64,000 nt of DNA from Schizosaccharomyces osmophilus (lineage: Eukaryota). The position numbers and the translations under genes are program-made. The notes under the pieces were generated by a model that was not told where the DNA came from, did not search any database, and saw only the letters and a program-made list of their open reading frames with translations. Positions 34,818 to 48,010 of this stretch are shown one piece after another (the stretch's first letter is position 1; the number at the start of each line of letters is the position of its first letter). The stretch covers positions 4,340,001-4,404,000 of the forward strand of contig NC_079238.1 in the NCBI RefSeq assembly GCF_027921745.1, read 5' to 3'.

Positions 34818-37800
34818 ATGCCATTGAGTTTTGAAGGAACGTTTAAAGCAAAAAGAAACGTCAATTTAGGCGGAAAACGCAACACAAACGATCGTGGTGA
34901 ATTGGTAAGAAAAGCTGCGATTGAACGTAAAAATCGCGAGGAAAGACGTAGAACAGAGTCTGTGTCTATTCAGTTGCAGTCTCTTTCCCGTGGACTTCTT
35001 TGCAGGGAACGATTAAAGAATGAATTCCGCTCACAATGGTACGAAACTTACTTAGCGGCCGGTGCGCAAAAGCTCGACATGTCGGACTGGGATAAATTGC
35101 AAGAATGTATTCAGCAATTTGTTATTTTTGCTGACCCTCAACTGGATTTTGAAGCTTTTCGGAGCATAATCTATGATTTGCTTAGTTCTTTGCATCGTGA
35201 AGTTACCCCCAATGATTCAACGTCTTCGAAACATAACCCAAATAAACTGGATGATAAGGTCGAGGAATCAGAACTGTCAAGGCTTTGTACAGTTAAGTCA
35301 AAAGTCTCTGTTCTCGGTTTTCCATGGGTATGGCAACGATTTACCACCCTTTGTTTGAAGTCATTTAGAAACATACTTCAAATAAGTAAGGAAGCTAGAC
35401 TTGATTCAGATTTATGTCTCTTGTTGGAAACTTTAGGATATCTTTCTGTCTTTCTTGAAGTTCATGAAATGTCTGATTACTACGATTGTTTAATGACCTT
35501 TTACGAATATTTTCACCTTCAAAAAGAATTCTCCAACTTCAGGAGTTCGTTTGTCTTTTGTCTTTTCAGCCCGCTTGATGAGACAAAAGATAATTATAAT
35601 AGAGTTCAACAATTCTTTATCTTTCATATTTTTACGCGCCGCTCTTATGAATCTTTGCTTGGTGATATTTCATCAAGCTTGGTTGTTTCAAAAGTATTTC
35701 CTTCAATGTCTTTTTCCAAAGAGGAAGATATTATGTCTTCTCTATTAAGCTTGGACACTTCAAAATTATTTTGTATGGGAGGTGCCTGCCTTCATTTGTT
35801 ACATACAGAAGTTGAATCTTCATTTTTATGGTTTTTTTCCTCACTAGTTTTGGACGCCCTTTATACACATTCTGAAAATTCTGTCATAAATCGCTTCAAT
35901 GCTCCTATAGACTTGGACGACGACGAGGATGAGGAATATTCATTCGTCCAAGACTATTATACCCATATACAACTCGTTGCTAAGCAATTTGGAAATTTGT
36001 TAACCTCACAAATACTTAGCGTGCAACGAGTTTTTGCTGAAGCTTTATCATCCAACTTTATAACCAAGGTCTTCTCTGAGATTACGAGTACTACTATATT
36101 AAGTGTTTCACATTTTTTCTCATCTATACTAAAGCTATTTCCCTCAAATCGCACTTCGATATTGATGTACGTATCCTTAATCGACCATTTACGCGTAGAA
36201 CCGAACATGTCGTTCGTGCAATATTCTTGGGACATATTTACCAAATCTCCCATATTTTCGTTATTCTCAAAAAAGGTTGATGTCAAGAGTATTATGCAAA
36301 CTGATTCAGCTTATTGGCATCAACTTCAGTTCCTGCTTGACGTTTACTCTCGAATGTTGTTTACAATGATTGACGAAGAATTTCATAGCGTCCAGCACAA
36401 TCCGTTATATAATGTGCGAGAAGAACTATGCATTCTTTTGAAAAATTTTGTTTTGGGGTTATACTGGGATGTTAACACATCAAAAGAAGTTAATGATAAC
36501 TCATTGGTAGATGTAACTCAGCTTAGGGTTTCTTCAACATCTCTGCTTCAAAGACTCTTTCGGATCAATTATCGAAAACCATATGTACGAGATAATATGT
36601 TTTTGATGGAAGAGTATTTCAACTTGACCGAATTCGAAGCAGGAGCCCTGCAAGAGGCACAGTCTGCTTCAAATATGGATGTAGATCTATCTTCCGGCAT
36701 GAAAGTTGATAACTACAATGAATCAAGACCAAAACTAAATATACTAAACAATTGCTCCTTTTTCTTGCCATTCCGTTTTCGCATCCATTTACTTCAACAG
36801 CTTATAACAATGGATAAGCAGGCAAATGGATTCATACAGCCATTTGGTCATTTAAAGCATGCAGTTATTCGCCGAAACCGAATTTTTGATGACGGCTTTG
36901 ATGCGTTTTATAATCTAGGAAAAATGTTTAAAGGATCCATTCGTATCACTTTTGTGGACGAACATGGCGTAGTAGAGGAAGGAATTGACGGAGGTGGATT
37001 GACGAAAGAATTTTTAACAAGGTAAGCAAATCGAAGACTACATTTGATCATTCGGCACTAACGTTTCTAGTATATGCAAAACTGTTTTTGATATCAATTA
37101 TGGTTTATTTAGCGAAACGAAGGCGCATCTACTGTATCCCAACACACATGGATATGCACAAGATAGTAAGTTAAGACGTATGAGATTTTGCGAAGACTAA
37201 TCGTGTTTTATAGTTGAGCGACTACGTTGCTACGAATTCTTAGGAATGCTGATCGGCAAGTGCATATATGAAGGAATTCAGATAGACGCCGCATTTGCTG
37301 CATTTTTCGTTTCAAAGTGGCTAGGTCATCCTAGTTATTTTGATGATTTGACAAGTTTGGATAACAATTTGTATGAAGGGTTAATATTCCTTAAAAATTA
37401 TGACGGTGATGTAGAAAACGATTTGGCCCTAAACTTCACGGTCGTTCATGAAGAATTTGGTGTTCGCAATGTCATTGAATTGATTCCCAATGGAGGAAAC
37501 GTGGCAGTAACAAACGACAACCGGTTACAATACATTCATTTAATTTCTAATTACTATTTGAATGCACGTTTATCAAAGCAATGCCGAGCATTTACAAATG
37601 GGTTTACGCAAATTATTGATCCTCACTGGCTGGCCATGTTCCATGAAAACGAGATTCATGTTTTGGTAGGAGGAGATCCGGTACCTATCGATGTGAATGA
37701 TTTGAAAAAGAACACGGTTTATGCTGGAGGTTATGATTTGAATTCTCCTACTATTCAAATGTTTTGGGAAGTGCTTCGAGAGCTTGATGAAGAAGATAAG

Positions 37801-38124
37801 CGGAATTTTGTTAAGTTTGTCACGAGTGTTGCCAGACCACCAATTTTAGGCTTTAAGGCTCTTATGCCAGCGTTCTGCATTCGGACGAATGGCGAAGATG
37901 AATCCAGACTTCCTACTGCAAGGTATGTTTCGAACATTTCTGACATAATGATTTTAACATTACTTTAGCACATGCGTAAACTTGTTAAAGTTACCTATAT
38001 ATACATCTAAACAGACGTTAAAAGAGTAAGCAATTAAAGATCTTGTAACAAAAGTCCTTACTAACAAGTGTTTAGAAAATTAATTGTATCTGTTCGTTCT
38101 GGAGGTGGTTTTGGATTCAGTTGA
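34818..38124 (+). CDS. hul5: HECT E3 ubiquitin ligase, Hul5/UBE3C type; 5 exons
   Basis: IQ-like LQSLSRGLLCR and EEGIDGGGLTKEF motifs. Introns 37022-37070, 37166-37213, 37923-37968 and 38026-38075 yield the catalytic LPTASTCVNLLKLP and the end GFGFS*. Confidence 0.94.
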
Positions 38125-38524
38125 ACATGTTCCATTTTGTTGTTTGTTACCAATGTTAAAATGGGTTTTTCTCTATGTGTGGATAAATAAATAAGAATGA
38201 ATGATGTTGATGAAGTTTATACTTATGAAATGTTTCTTTCAGGTTCCTAATATACATACTTAAATAAAAGCAAAGCTTTTCCATGAAACAATAAAGATCC
38301 AAACGAATTAAAGGTCATTTTTTTCACTTTCATTTCACATTTACAGCTAAACAGTTTTGTTCTTATTTCGCTAACAAAAACTTAAGCAAAAGTGAAAACA
38401 AATCATAATGACGTTTATCCCAAGTATATAGGACCTCTTCGTAAACCCCGCCTTTTCTGCAAATAACTTATACCCAGCAGACACAAGGAAAAAACGATTT
38501 CTTGTGAACCTTTCGCACATTAAG

Positions 38525-38887
38525 ATGTTTAAGAATTCTGTTTCTCCAATTCTTAAAACGCTTTATAAATTTCCAGTGCAATTGCCTGTTTTTGCTTCCA
38601 GAAACAAGGGGATAGCCATTCGTGCATTCACCTCAAAAGTGAAGAAAACATCTTCAGATCAAGACTTTGCGGTCCCTTCTGTTGACGAGGAAGAAGATAT
38701 GCTTAATAATTTGATGGGGAACGTCAAGGTTAAATCTGCAGCAGAAGATGGCATTGCCGTTGAAGATGTTATTTTAAAGCACCCAGAGTTACTGAAAGAT
38801 GCACCTGCTCCTTTAAGAAAAGCTGTAGAACAAACACTAGCCGCCAGAAAACTCAAGTCTGGAGACAAGAACCCAGAGTCTTCATAA
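38525..38887 (+). CDS. Small protein (120 aa) with mitochondrial presequence-like N-terminus; possibly Mug143-like by synteny
   Basis: ATG at 38525; first ~40 aa are basic, Ser-rich and free of acidic residues, followed by an acidic/helical region. No domain recognised. Confidence 0.7.
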   Translation: MFKNSVSPILKTLYKFPVQLPVFASRNKGIAIRAFTSKVKKTSSDQDFAVPSVDEEEDMLNNLMGNVKVKSAAEDGIAVEDVILKHPELLKDAPAPLRKAVEQTLAARKLKSGDKNPESS

Positions 38888-39655
38888 GTGAAGGTAGAGG
38901 TTTGAATACTTGCTTCTTCATTACAAGCTTTATAACATTGCATGATTCCCCAATTACTTTTCCAGGTCATTTATGGTTTCAACTTTTCCAAGTGGTTACC
39001 ATCTTGTACGTTCTTTCTAATGATTAACGATAATGTTCGTGATATATGGCGATTTCTTCCTGTGAATCCCCAAAGTCATTATTGATATATATATCAATTG
39101 ACGTTGCCAAAGTCTTTTCCTTTTGTTGCTTATCGTGGTTGATTTTTCTGAGGCTATGGTTCAAGACATACAGCTTCTGGGCATTACAGAACGTGAGTTT
39201 TCCATCATAGCATATATAATAAGTAAAAAAAAGAAAAAAAAAAGATATTTTGAAAGAGTAATTGCGCAAACGGAAGAACATAATGTTTACCATAAAAAAA
39301 GTAAATGACAATTAAGCAGCAATCAATCATGTACTATAAAACAGAATAGCAAAGAAAGCATAATTCATAAAAAAAATTCATTCAATTTTGTGAGCAGCTT
39401 TCATCTCAAGACATAATCATCAAACTATTAGCTAGATGCCTCTCTTTGAAATTTTTTTCCAATAAAAACCAAACAAATGACATTTTTTCAAATATACGGA
39501 TATATTTCTAGCAAATTTTCATTCATCTATTAGTCTATAAAGCAATAGGTATACGCATGCAGAAAACGATTCATAAAAACTGTAGCCTTAACTAATACGG
39601 CATCATTCATCCCAAAGACATCAAATATCATAAATATCCATAACCTTTGCAAAAA

Positions 39656-41638
39656 CTAGCGACCCACTTCATCTACTATAGCATCAGCAAGATTATTGGC
39701 AAGGCGAGCTGAACGTTCAAACCGGTGCTTGTTTTTTCGCAACCGTTTACGAGCAACCATTACCGGTACGCTTGACTAATTTAAGTTAATAACTTTCGCT
39801 CTTCGCTGATAAAACAATTAGGATTTTCATACCTTGTTGACCAAATAGTTACTGAAAGAACCAAGCAGTACACCTTTCAAATGACTGCGTCCACGACTGC
39901 CCATAACAACTAGAGTCGGCTCGACATAATCAATCTATGTTTTAGTTAGTAATGCCCAAGAAAAGCGATAGAATCGTAAAACTCATACCATTTCCACAAT
40001 TAAGTGCTTGGCCTTCTCGTGATGAATAACTTCGATGTTCACTTCAATTTCGAGAACTGTTTTACTAAGTAATTTCAAAATACTCTTTGTAACTTTCTCT
40101 AAAGTTTCCATCTGCGTAGACTCCATGTGTTCCATTTCTAATTTCGGATCATCACATTCAATCACATCGACTATAATAAGAGTATCACCTTTTCGTAAAA
40201 GGACACCAACAGCCCACTCAGCAGCGTACAAACTTTCGGAGGATAAATCCAATGTAAGAAAGTAAGTACTATTTCGTTTTGAGTTACTAGCTGCGCTGTG
40301 AAAATCTCCTCTGCGAATCCGTCGGATTGTTCGACTGGCGCTAGGAATCCATCGGGTTGGACCAATATTCAATTGCAAGTTTTTGGCTATACGCAGGTCT
40401 TGCTCGATTTCTTCTTGGTCAGAACCGTACCAATTATCGACGTGCGTTGATACAAAATTCGTATTCGGGCGTACAGGTTCGGACCTGAGCTCATGTGCTG
40501 TATAAAGACTTGGATTAGAGCGAGATCGGCGTAAAACGTTAGCATCTACTTTCCTATGTGAGTCATCGCTAAAATTCGATTTACTTTTTGATAAAGGAGC
40601 GCCTACCAATTTCCGGAGACGACTTCTTTTACTCGTTTTTCCTCTTTTGCTAACTAGAGGTTGAGAAAGTTTTGGAGATTCGTCGATAGATACTTGAGGT
40701 CTGCTTGTACTTTGTAATCCTTCAGCTTCTGAATGAGAAGAAAAGTCATCATCTTCGTCTTCGTCTTCCGAAGACGAAGAAGGTAAAGAACGAGCTAAAT
40801 GGAGAGGTTCTCCATTTTCATCAAGCAAATTCTCTGTTCCCAATGGAGAACCTATTTCATCCTTGTTCGTCCTGCGATTTTCAGAAGTCGAGGAGATAGA
40901 AGGAGGAGAAACAACAAAATGAGGAATATTCGGGCTTACTAAAGGGGTATCTTTTGGGGACGTGGAAAGCTTGGTCACTGGCGAGCTTGGAGTAGTATTG
41001 GACTTGTTATATGTTTTCGCTGGTTCCTTTGGAGAGAAATGCTTTGCTGTTGTTGCACTCGTAGAAGGAATCTGTAGAGGAGAAAGGGAAGAAGAAGACG
41101 CGGGCATACTACCAAAAGAAACACTTCGCTGATGATTCGGCTCGGGGGACTTCTTCAGCTCCGAACCGCCATAAGGATGCAGAGCAGCATATGCTTGGTC
41201 GGTTGAAGATGACTTTGAGGATACACTGGAGAATGAATGCCGCTTATGCGATGTATTCGGAGGGGAATCAGTAGAAAATAATGGAGAGGCCAACACATCG
41301 GAGACCTTGCTGCTTGACTTGGCAAGCGATTTTGAATTCTCGGACGGTATGTTTTTTCTTTTTTCCTCTTCTTGAGTACTTTTCTCTTTGTCCTTCTTGT
41401 ATTCGTTTGATGTAGGAGGGTTTTTGTAATGAGGTAAAGAAGTTATATCCTCCGACTTTACTCGGAATCCTTCATCACCGGGTTTAATAAAACAGTAATC
41501 ACGGATTACCGGATCATAGTCAAGGCATAACTCGCGATACTTCTGTTCCTCCCTTTCTTTCATCCATTTTAGAACTTCTAGTCTTTCTTCATCTAGCGCT
41601 GATGCCAGCGAATTACCACCATATGTCCTCGATGACAT
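39656..41638 (-). CDS. Universal stress protein (USP) domain protein with long disordered N-terminus; 3 exons
   Basis: YFLTLDLSSESLYAAEWAV motif. Introns 39988-39935 and 39832-39776 give [33 protein letters not shown]. Confidence 0.92.
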
Positions 41639-42633
41639 TAGTAACAATACAATTGTATCTTAATAGTTCACAATTGACATCAAAAAGCATGTATACTTTT
41701 GTAATGGGGAAATATTGAAATCGGTAGATTTGATCATTTGTATGTACGGAGCTCATGTTACGATGTAGCGCAATGCACATGCACTCGGTATCTTTATTTT
41801 ATTATGTCCTAACGGATCCATGCAATAAAATATACAGTTGGAAGGGAAACGGCTTGGATAGATTTGTTCATAAAATGAAAAAAATGAAATCTCTGTCATT
41901 CTTCCTTAGCTAAAAACTCGTTTGTTCCTTGGTCTTTGGACCACGTCCCTACAACATCAGAAAACGACAAATAGATGACAGTTTTAAAAGAAGTAAGCAT
42001 CATTTTCCTTACATGTAGTTTATATATTGTTCTTGTTTAAACACAAACAGAAAAGAGAATTTGCCAGCTGCTGTTTTGTTTTAATTTTTAATTTTTTCTT
42101 TCGATTAGAAACAAAACTTTACAGCCACTTGGGTTATAGAAACCATAGTATAATCCGTATGTTCAACATTTCGTGTAGCCTTTGCTTTCCCGACAACGAC
42201 CTCGCTAAACGATTCATCTATAAGCCATCATCAAGACTGCCAGATATTGTAGGCATATTCATATTCATATGGTTGATTGTTTCTGTTTTAGGATTTGCTT
42301 CTTTTGAACACTTCATTCTCCGCATGTTTCATCCTTCACATAAAATAATCTGTATGGTGTATTTGAGAATTTAAAATCGTCAATACCGGGACGAGTATGC
42401 GATGAAATACTTGATGACCAATCCCGCACTTATTTCCAAATCTGCACTGGATCAATATGTATTGTAGTCATGAATAACAGAAGAAAAGAATTACCAAAAA
42501 TAATACATTCATCAACACAATAAGTAAATAGCCTTTTCAGATGACCTTGTCATCATAATAGGGGAAGGGGGAAAATTTATAAAGAAACAAGAAACCATCC
42601 TTTTGTGGATATCATCACATCTCAAACATAGCA

Positions 42634-43427
42634 TTACTTTTTTGGGGTAGTGCGTAAGAAGGAACGTTGAACGTACGCTTTTTGATCACGAAGCCAACGG
42701 CGATAATCCTAAAAAATTGTTAGTGAATCCAATTCCTTAAAGAAAGAAGCCTGTCTTCTTCGCACATACCCATAAGGAAAATATCTTTTCTCCGTAATAA
42801 TCTAATAACATCACTCGTTAGCCATATACATTCACATCTCTTCACTGAGAAGCACAAGACATACCTGGTATAGGATTGGAATAGCTTTCCATCGAAGGAA
42901 CGACACGATTCTTCTTCAAGTGCTTATAGAATTCCTCCTCACGCTAAAATAAAATGAATGTTAGCAAAGACATCTAACTTGAATCTTTTCGCTGGCTTCA
43001 ACAGCTTCTCACATACGTATGCAATCTGATTCGCTTGCTTGCGATTAATCAGTGTCCAGACCTGACGTCCTAGGGTAGGTCCTATTAACCATCCAAAAGC
43101 ACCAGAAGCAATCGTTGCTAAAACATATATCGTAAACATGTCCAATCCCATCATGGTCACAGTAGGATCAACAGCGCGTGTCATAAAGTATGAGGACCCT
43201 ACACCAAGTCCAAGCACGGCTGTAGGAATGGAAGTAAAAGTTTCGAAGCGGCGTCGGCTCTTTCTCAATTTGAGAAACGTAGGCCAATCCAATGTTGTCG
43301 TCGTCTTTGGAAGTTCCCTTTCTGACGCGTACATTCGAACATTCTTGACAGAACGGAAAACTGAAGGGAAAATTTTTGCATTTCCCGCGCCCAAGCGGCT
43401 CAATCCGCTTCCTAAGACTGGATACAT
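42634..43427 (-). CDS. pam17: Mitochondrial import motor subunit Pam17; 4 exons
   Basis: Presequence, LDWPTFLKLRK, two TMs. Introns 43016-42944, 42864-42802 and 42769-42709 assemble [24 protein letters not shown]. Confidence 0.94.
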
Positions 43428-43741
43428 AACTAGTCTACTTTTTTGGTAGTAAAAAGGGAATCCGTGCTCTCTTGCATATTCATATTTGGTCTCGGTTACC
43501 GAAGTGCACAATCCTAAACAGTGCGCGCATTCAAATTCACTATTTGGCTCCTAGTCGAAAAGAAAGAAAGCTGTGAATGAAGGTATCCTGCAAATGCAAC
43601 ATATTCGTGTTGCTAGTCATTGTCGGTGAGACTTGTGTATTACTTGTATAATATTAAATTTTTTTAAAGGATTTTAGGATTGAATTGACTATCTCTGTTG
43701 TTCTTGGTGATTCGTATTAATTTGACCGATTCCAAAAAAAC

Positions 43742-45685
43742 ATGTCTGCTAATGCTGGAGCAACGGACTCCATGTCCATCGAGGAGACAAATAGACTTCG
43801 AATTTCTTTAGGCTTAAAACCCTTGGACGTGTCAGATAATTCTGGACAAAGTGAACCAAACCAGAAAGAACAACCTACATCTTCGCTTGACCAAGAGGCC
43901 ACAGCTCTTCAGAATTGGAAGGAAGAAGAAGAGAAAAAACGGAATGAAAGAGAAAAAAATGAAATCACATCCAAACTTCAAAGTATACGCCAAAAGAATG
44001 ATCAGCGACGACGTGTACAGGGAAAGTCTTTGGCTGACATTCTGGCTACCGAAGAAGAAGAAGAAGCATCTTCGGATGATACACGCTCTTGGGTTCTAAA
44101 AATGAGAAAAAAAGCATTAGAGAAGAATACGAGCGAAAGCTCTGCGCCCAAAGAGGTTTTAAAACCCATTAGAAAGAAACCCGCTAAGGAACTTCCCAAA
44201 GAAACAGGGGCTTCGTTGGAAGGAATACGTATAGCTCACAATTTTCAGAAACTGAATTCCGAAAACGATTTAACGCTAACTCTTCGTGATTCCGACGTTC
44301 TGGAAAATAATGATGGTGATTTATTGGAAAGCAATGAAATTGCGCAACAAGAGGCCCTTCTCAAAAAAATAGAAGAAAAAAAAGCGAATGCTGGCTATAA
44401 GCCTTATGAAGACGAAGGAGAAATTAATAATGATTCTGAACCAAAGAAGGATTTCACGGAAGGAGTCACTGTCATCGGAGAGAATAATGCCTTAGTTCAA
44501 GGAAAGGATATTGCAGATGAGGGACAATCGGTCGCTAACAGAGGTATTCGGATTTCACTTTCAGACACCACTCCTTCCACGCCTGCAGTTTCAGACTATC
44601 GAGATATTAAGATAAAAAAGAGCAAGAAAAACCGATCTAGAGAAGATAGAAGAAAGCGTAAACTTGACGATATTGAAGGTGATGAATTCCAGTCAGGAAC
44701 CACTGCAGAAGGAAATGTACCTGAAGCACAAAACCCAACCTTTACAGCTAAAGAAAAACAGGAGAATATTCAGAGAAAAATACAAGGTTTGAATAGTCAG
44801 TCAGTCGTTGAAGATGATGATTTGCAGGATGTTTTGGCTTTACAAAGAAGAACTGCTCAAAAGAGAGCAAGAATGTTACGACCTGAACAATTTGCAGAGC
44901 ATGTTCAAAACCAAAAAAATATAGAAGAGGAGGAAAATGAAGATGAAACTAATTCTAGAGGAATGATTATTAATGACACTCGATCTTTTGTTGATTCTCT
45001 TCAACAAGTAGACGATGCAGAGCCTTCTGTCAACCCTGATGAGAAGCAAGGCGAAGAGGCTTCTGAAAATCAGTATACTGTTACCATCCCAACTAACCTT
45101 GAACCCAGAAATGTCATTCCTGAAGAGGAGGAAGCTGTTGTTGAAGATAACGGATCCCAATCGCCGTCACAAAAGGCAACCGACGTCCCCGAAGATGAAC
45201 CACTCGTTTCCGGCGGTGTTGGCACAGTGTTGAATATCCTTAAAAACAAAGGTGTTGTTAAGGTTTCTGAAGAAGCCCAAGAAAAAATGCGCAGAGAGGA
45301 AGAATACAATAAATGGTTTGCAAAGAAACAGAATGCCCGACGTGAGTTAGAAGATCAAAGAAAGCATCAGAAAGAGCAAGATCGTGCTAGTGGAAAGCTG
45401 AATCACATGACTCAAAAAGAGCGTGAACAGTATGCCAAACGGGAGAATGAAAAATGGGATCGTCTTATTGCCAAGGTTGAAATGGAACAGTTCCAAGACT
45501 ATAAACCTGAAGTGAACATTCGTTACGTTGATGAATTTGGAGTTGAACTAGGGCCAAAAGAAGCATACAAATATTTATTATCACACCAATTTCACGGAAA
45601 AGGATCTGGAAAAGCAAAGACAGAGAAGCGGTTACGAAAGATTGAAGACATGAAAAAAGAAGAAAGAAAGCCAATTTTTGAATAA
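43742..45685 (+). CDS. snu66: U4/U6.U5 tri-snRNP protein Snu66/SART1, 647 aa
   Basis: HIND motif SIEETNRLRISLGLKPL; C-terminal YVDEFG..KEAYKYLLSHQFHGKGSGK. Confidence 0.97.
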   Translation: MSANAGATDSMSIEETNRLRISLGLKPLDVSDNSGQSEPNQKEQPTSSLDQEATALQNWKEEEEKKRNEREKNEITSKLQSIRQKNDQRRRVQGKSLADILATEEEEEASSDDTRSWVLKMRKKALEKNTSESSAPKEVLKPIRKKPAKELPKETGASLEGIRIAHNFQKLNSENDLTLTLRDSDVLENNDGDLLESNEIAQQEALLKKIEEKKANAGYKPYEDEGEINNDSEPKKDFTEGVTVIGENNALVQGKDIADEGQSVANRGIRISLSDTTPSTPAVSDYRDIKIKKSKKNRSREDRRKRKLDDIEGDEFQSGTTAEGNVPEAQNPTFTAKEKQENIQRKIQGLNSQSVVEDDDLQDVLALQRRTAQKRARMLRPEQFAEHVQNQKNIEEEENEDETNSRGMIINDTRSFVDSLQQVDDAEPSVNPDEKQGEEASENQYTVTIPTNLEPRNVIPEEEEAVVEDNGSQSPSQKATDVPEDEPLVSGGVGTVLNILKNKGVVKVSEEAQEKMRREEEYNKWFAKKQNARRELEDQRKHQKEQDRASGKLNHMTQKEREQYAKRENEKWDRLIAKVEMEQFQDYKPEVNIRYVDEFGVELGPKEAYKYLLSHQFHGKGSGKAKTEKRLRKIEDMKKEERKPIFE

Positions 45686-45746
45686 TGAAGGCATGACTTC
45701 ATGTATATGTACTTTAATTATATGCAATAATCAATAATAATTATCA

Positions 45747-46973
45747 TCAGAGGTTATATTTCTTCGTTACTTCTAGCGGTAGGCAAAATCGTGCATCTAT
45801 AGGTTCCAAGTCTGGGTATCGTAGCAAGGACAGAGCCGTTAGGGAAAAGCATGTGTGATAGACATCCGGAATGTCTTCTCTACGATCAGAAAAGCCACCG
45901 GTCTCTTGGTCTTGTGCGCTTAGTGTGAAGCTTATCAAGCCATTCCTGTCTATCCATTCCAATTTTTCGATGATTGCCAATGGGGATAGTACCCACCATC
46001 CATAACAACTCTAAGGATCGATGAGTAAATAGTAAAATAAAAAGAGGTTTTCAAACTTACATCTGGGAGCTTTTCAGGACGGCCATTCAGTCCGCCGTTT
46101 TTGGTTTGTCGCTCACTGAGCCACCAGCCCAGTAAATCTTGATCAATACTATCTAATTGCTTTAGTATAGCAAGAGAGGCTACACAAGTAAAAACTAAAA
46201 AGAAATGTTAGGACATGATAAGAGGCAATCTGTAAACGTGAGCCTACCATAAGCAGCATGCGTTTCAGCTCCAGGGCATAAACCGAATCCGCCATCAAAG
46301 TTACGGCATTTAAGAATCCAATCAATTGCGGCTGATTTATTTAACATATCTAATCGACCCAAAAGCGCCAAACAATTTATGCCGGCGTACAGAAAACGAG
46401 CATCAGTTTCACCCCATCGGTCACCTTTCATCGACCCGTCTTCATTCTGTAGGTTGATAATATCTGAATAAAATACAGGTTAGAAAAGCTCTGTAAGGAT
46501 TAAAAATAAAAAAACAAAGATTATTCATACAAGAAGCTACTTTATCCCGATCGATTCTATCTAAGGAATCCAGCATCAACAAAACCTGAACTGCATAAAC
46601 AGTATTGGTAATATGATCATCATGACCAGGATAGCAGGCGAATCCTCCTATAAAAATCTCAATTAGCAAATCATCATACGGAAATAAAAAGAAAAGTCAT
46701 TAACAAACCTGACTCTGTAAGACATGATAGCAGGAACGAAACAATTTGCTCTTTTTGTAATTCTTCTTTCTTGTTCAAGGTCCAATAGCTCATGCAGCTC
46801 CAATAAATAGCACTAACATGTAAATGTTCTTTCAACCAAAAGTCTAATTCATCCTGGCCCTATGTTGTAAAACGCGTAAGTCACTAAATAATCTAAGTCT
46901 CCTTTTATCTTCATACCTGGCCTAATTTATTCAAATAATTTAAGTGCTTGCTTCGTTCTAAATTCATACTCAT
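45747..46973 (-). CDS. ptb1: Rab geranylgeranyltransferase (GGTase II) beta subunit; 6 exons
   Basis: Introns 46916-46860, 46708-46648, 46530-46464, 46247-46195 and 46060-46011. Motifs [42 protein letters not shown]. Confidence 0.94.
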
Positions 46974-47218
46974 GACTATGATGGTTTTAAGAGTGAGTGT
47001 TCATCCCAACATAGAAGCAGTGTGCGTGTTCTGTTCTGAAGTTTGCTATTAGTGCCTTATACGTTTGATTCTATAAATAATCCTAGATATACCTGTTTGT
47101 TATATCTTTTATTTTCAAGTTCCACAAACAAAAGGGTGAATCTACTATTTTAATAAAACGTCAACAACAAAAGTTTAATAACTTTCATTCCAATTCAATT
47201 GATTCGAAGGACTAACAA

Positions 47219-47851
47219 ATGGCGAATACTTATTCATTCTTTTTTATTATAACGTTTTTTTTTCACTTGTTCGGTTCAACTTTAGGAAACACTGAAATCA
47301 TTAATTTTAAAGCAACTCACTCGAACAACAGGAGTAAAAGCTGTCAACTAAAAGTACAAGAGGCTTTGTCGCAAACATTATTATTGCAGCCATATCCTAT
47401 TGATTCCGAAAAGGGCATTTCCGAATCCGCAACCATAGTTGCGTTGCAAGCCTGCGGCTTAAAAGAAAACGCCTGGTATCAGTTGAGAGCCTCTTGGCCA
47501 GCTGTTGTATGTTGAACATATTTCTTAATTTATTCTGACATTTTAGTACCCTTCTGATATCGACCTTGCCTGGAATGATACCCATTGTCTTCTGCACCTG
47601 TACGCGTCATTCTATTCCGCAAATACTTCTCTCATGAAAAACCCACGTCCAGTTCCTGTTCAAATTGGTAAGCTATGTTTTATTACTGAGTCTAACGACA
47701 CAATACTCATCAATTTTACTTAGATCTGGATCCACTGATTTTGGGTTTCTTACCCAGCAGTGTTATACCCACTGTCATTGTGATTACAGCATTAGTAGTT
47801 TCTAGCATCCCTTTTGCTTTTTTTATTCTAAAAAAACAAAAACAGGACTGA
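47219..47851 (+). CDS. pga1: GPI-mannosyltransferase II co-activator Pga1; 3 exons
   Basis: Signal peptide then NTE motif. Introns 47507-47546 and 47668-47723 give LRASWPAVYPSDIDL, a C-terminal TM and a KQKQD ER-retrieval-like tail. Confidence 0.8.
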
Positions 47852-48010
47852 TATTCACAAACTACTAGTTCACGTTTACCTCTATTAAGACTGCATACAA
47901 GCTGAGCAAACATCAAAATTCTATTAATTCTAAGTATGAGTCTAAATCATTTAAATATGTTTTTTTTAATTAAACAAAAAAAAATCGTTTAAACCATAAA
48001 GAATTTTAAC

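Noticed and set aside
42027..42470. 115-aa ORF and a TGATGA (C-box-like) motif at 42412
   Set aside because: ORF is low-complexity U-rich sequence; no suitably placed CTGA D box or terminal stem.
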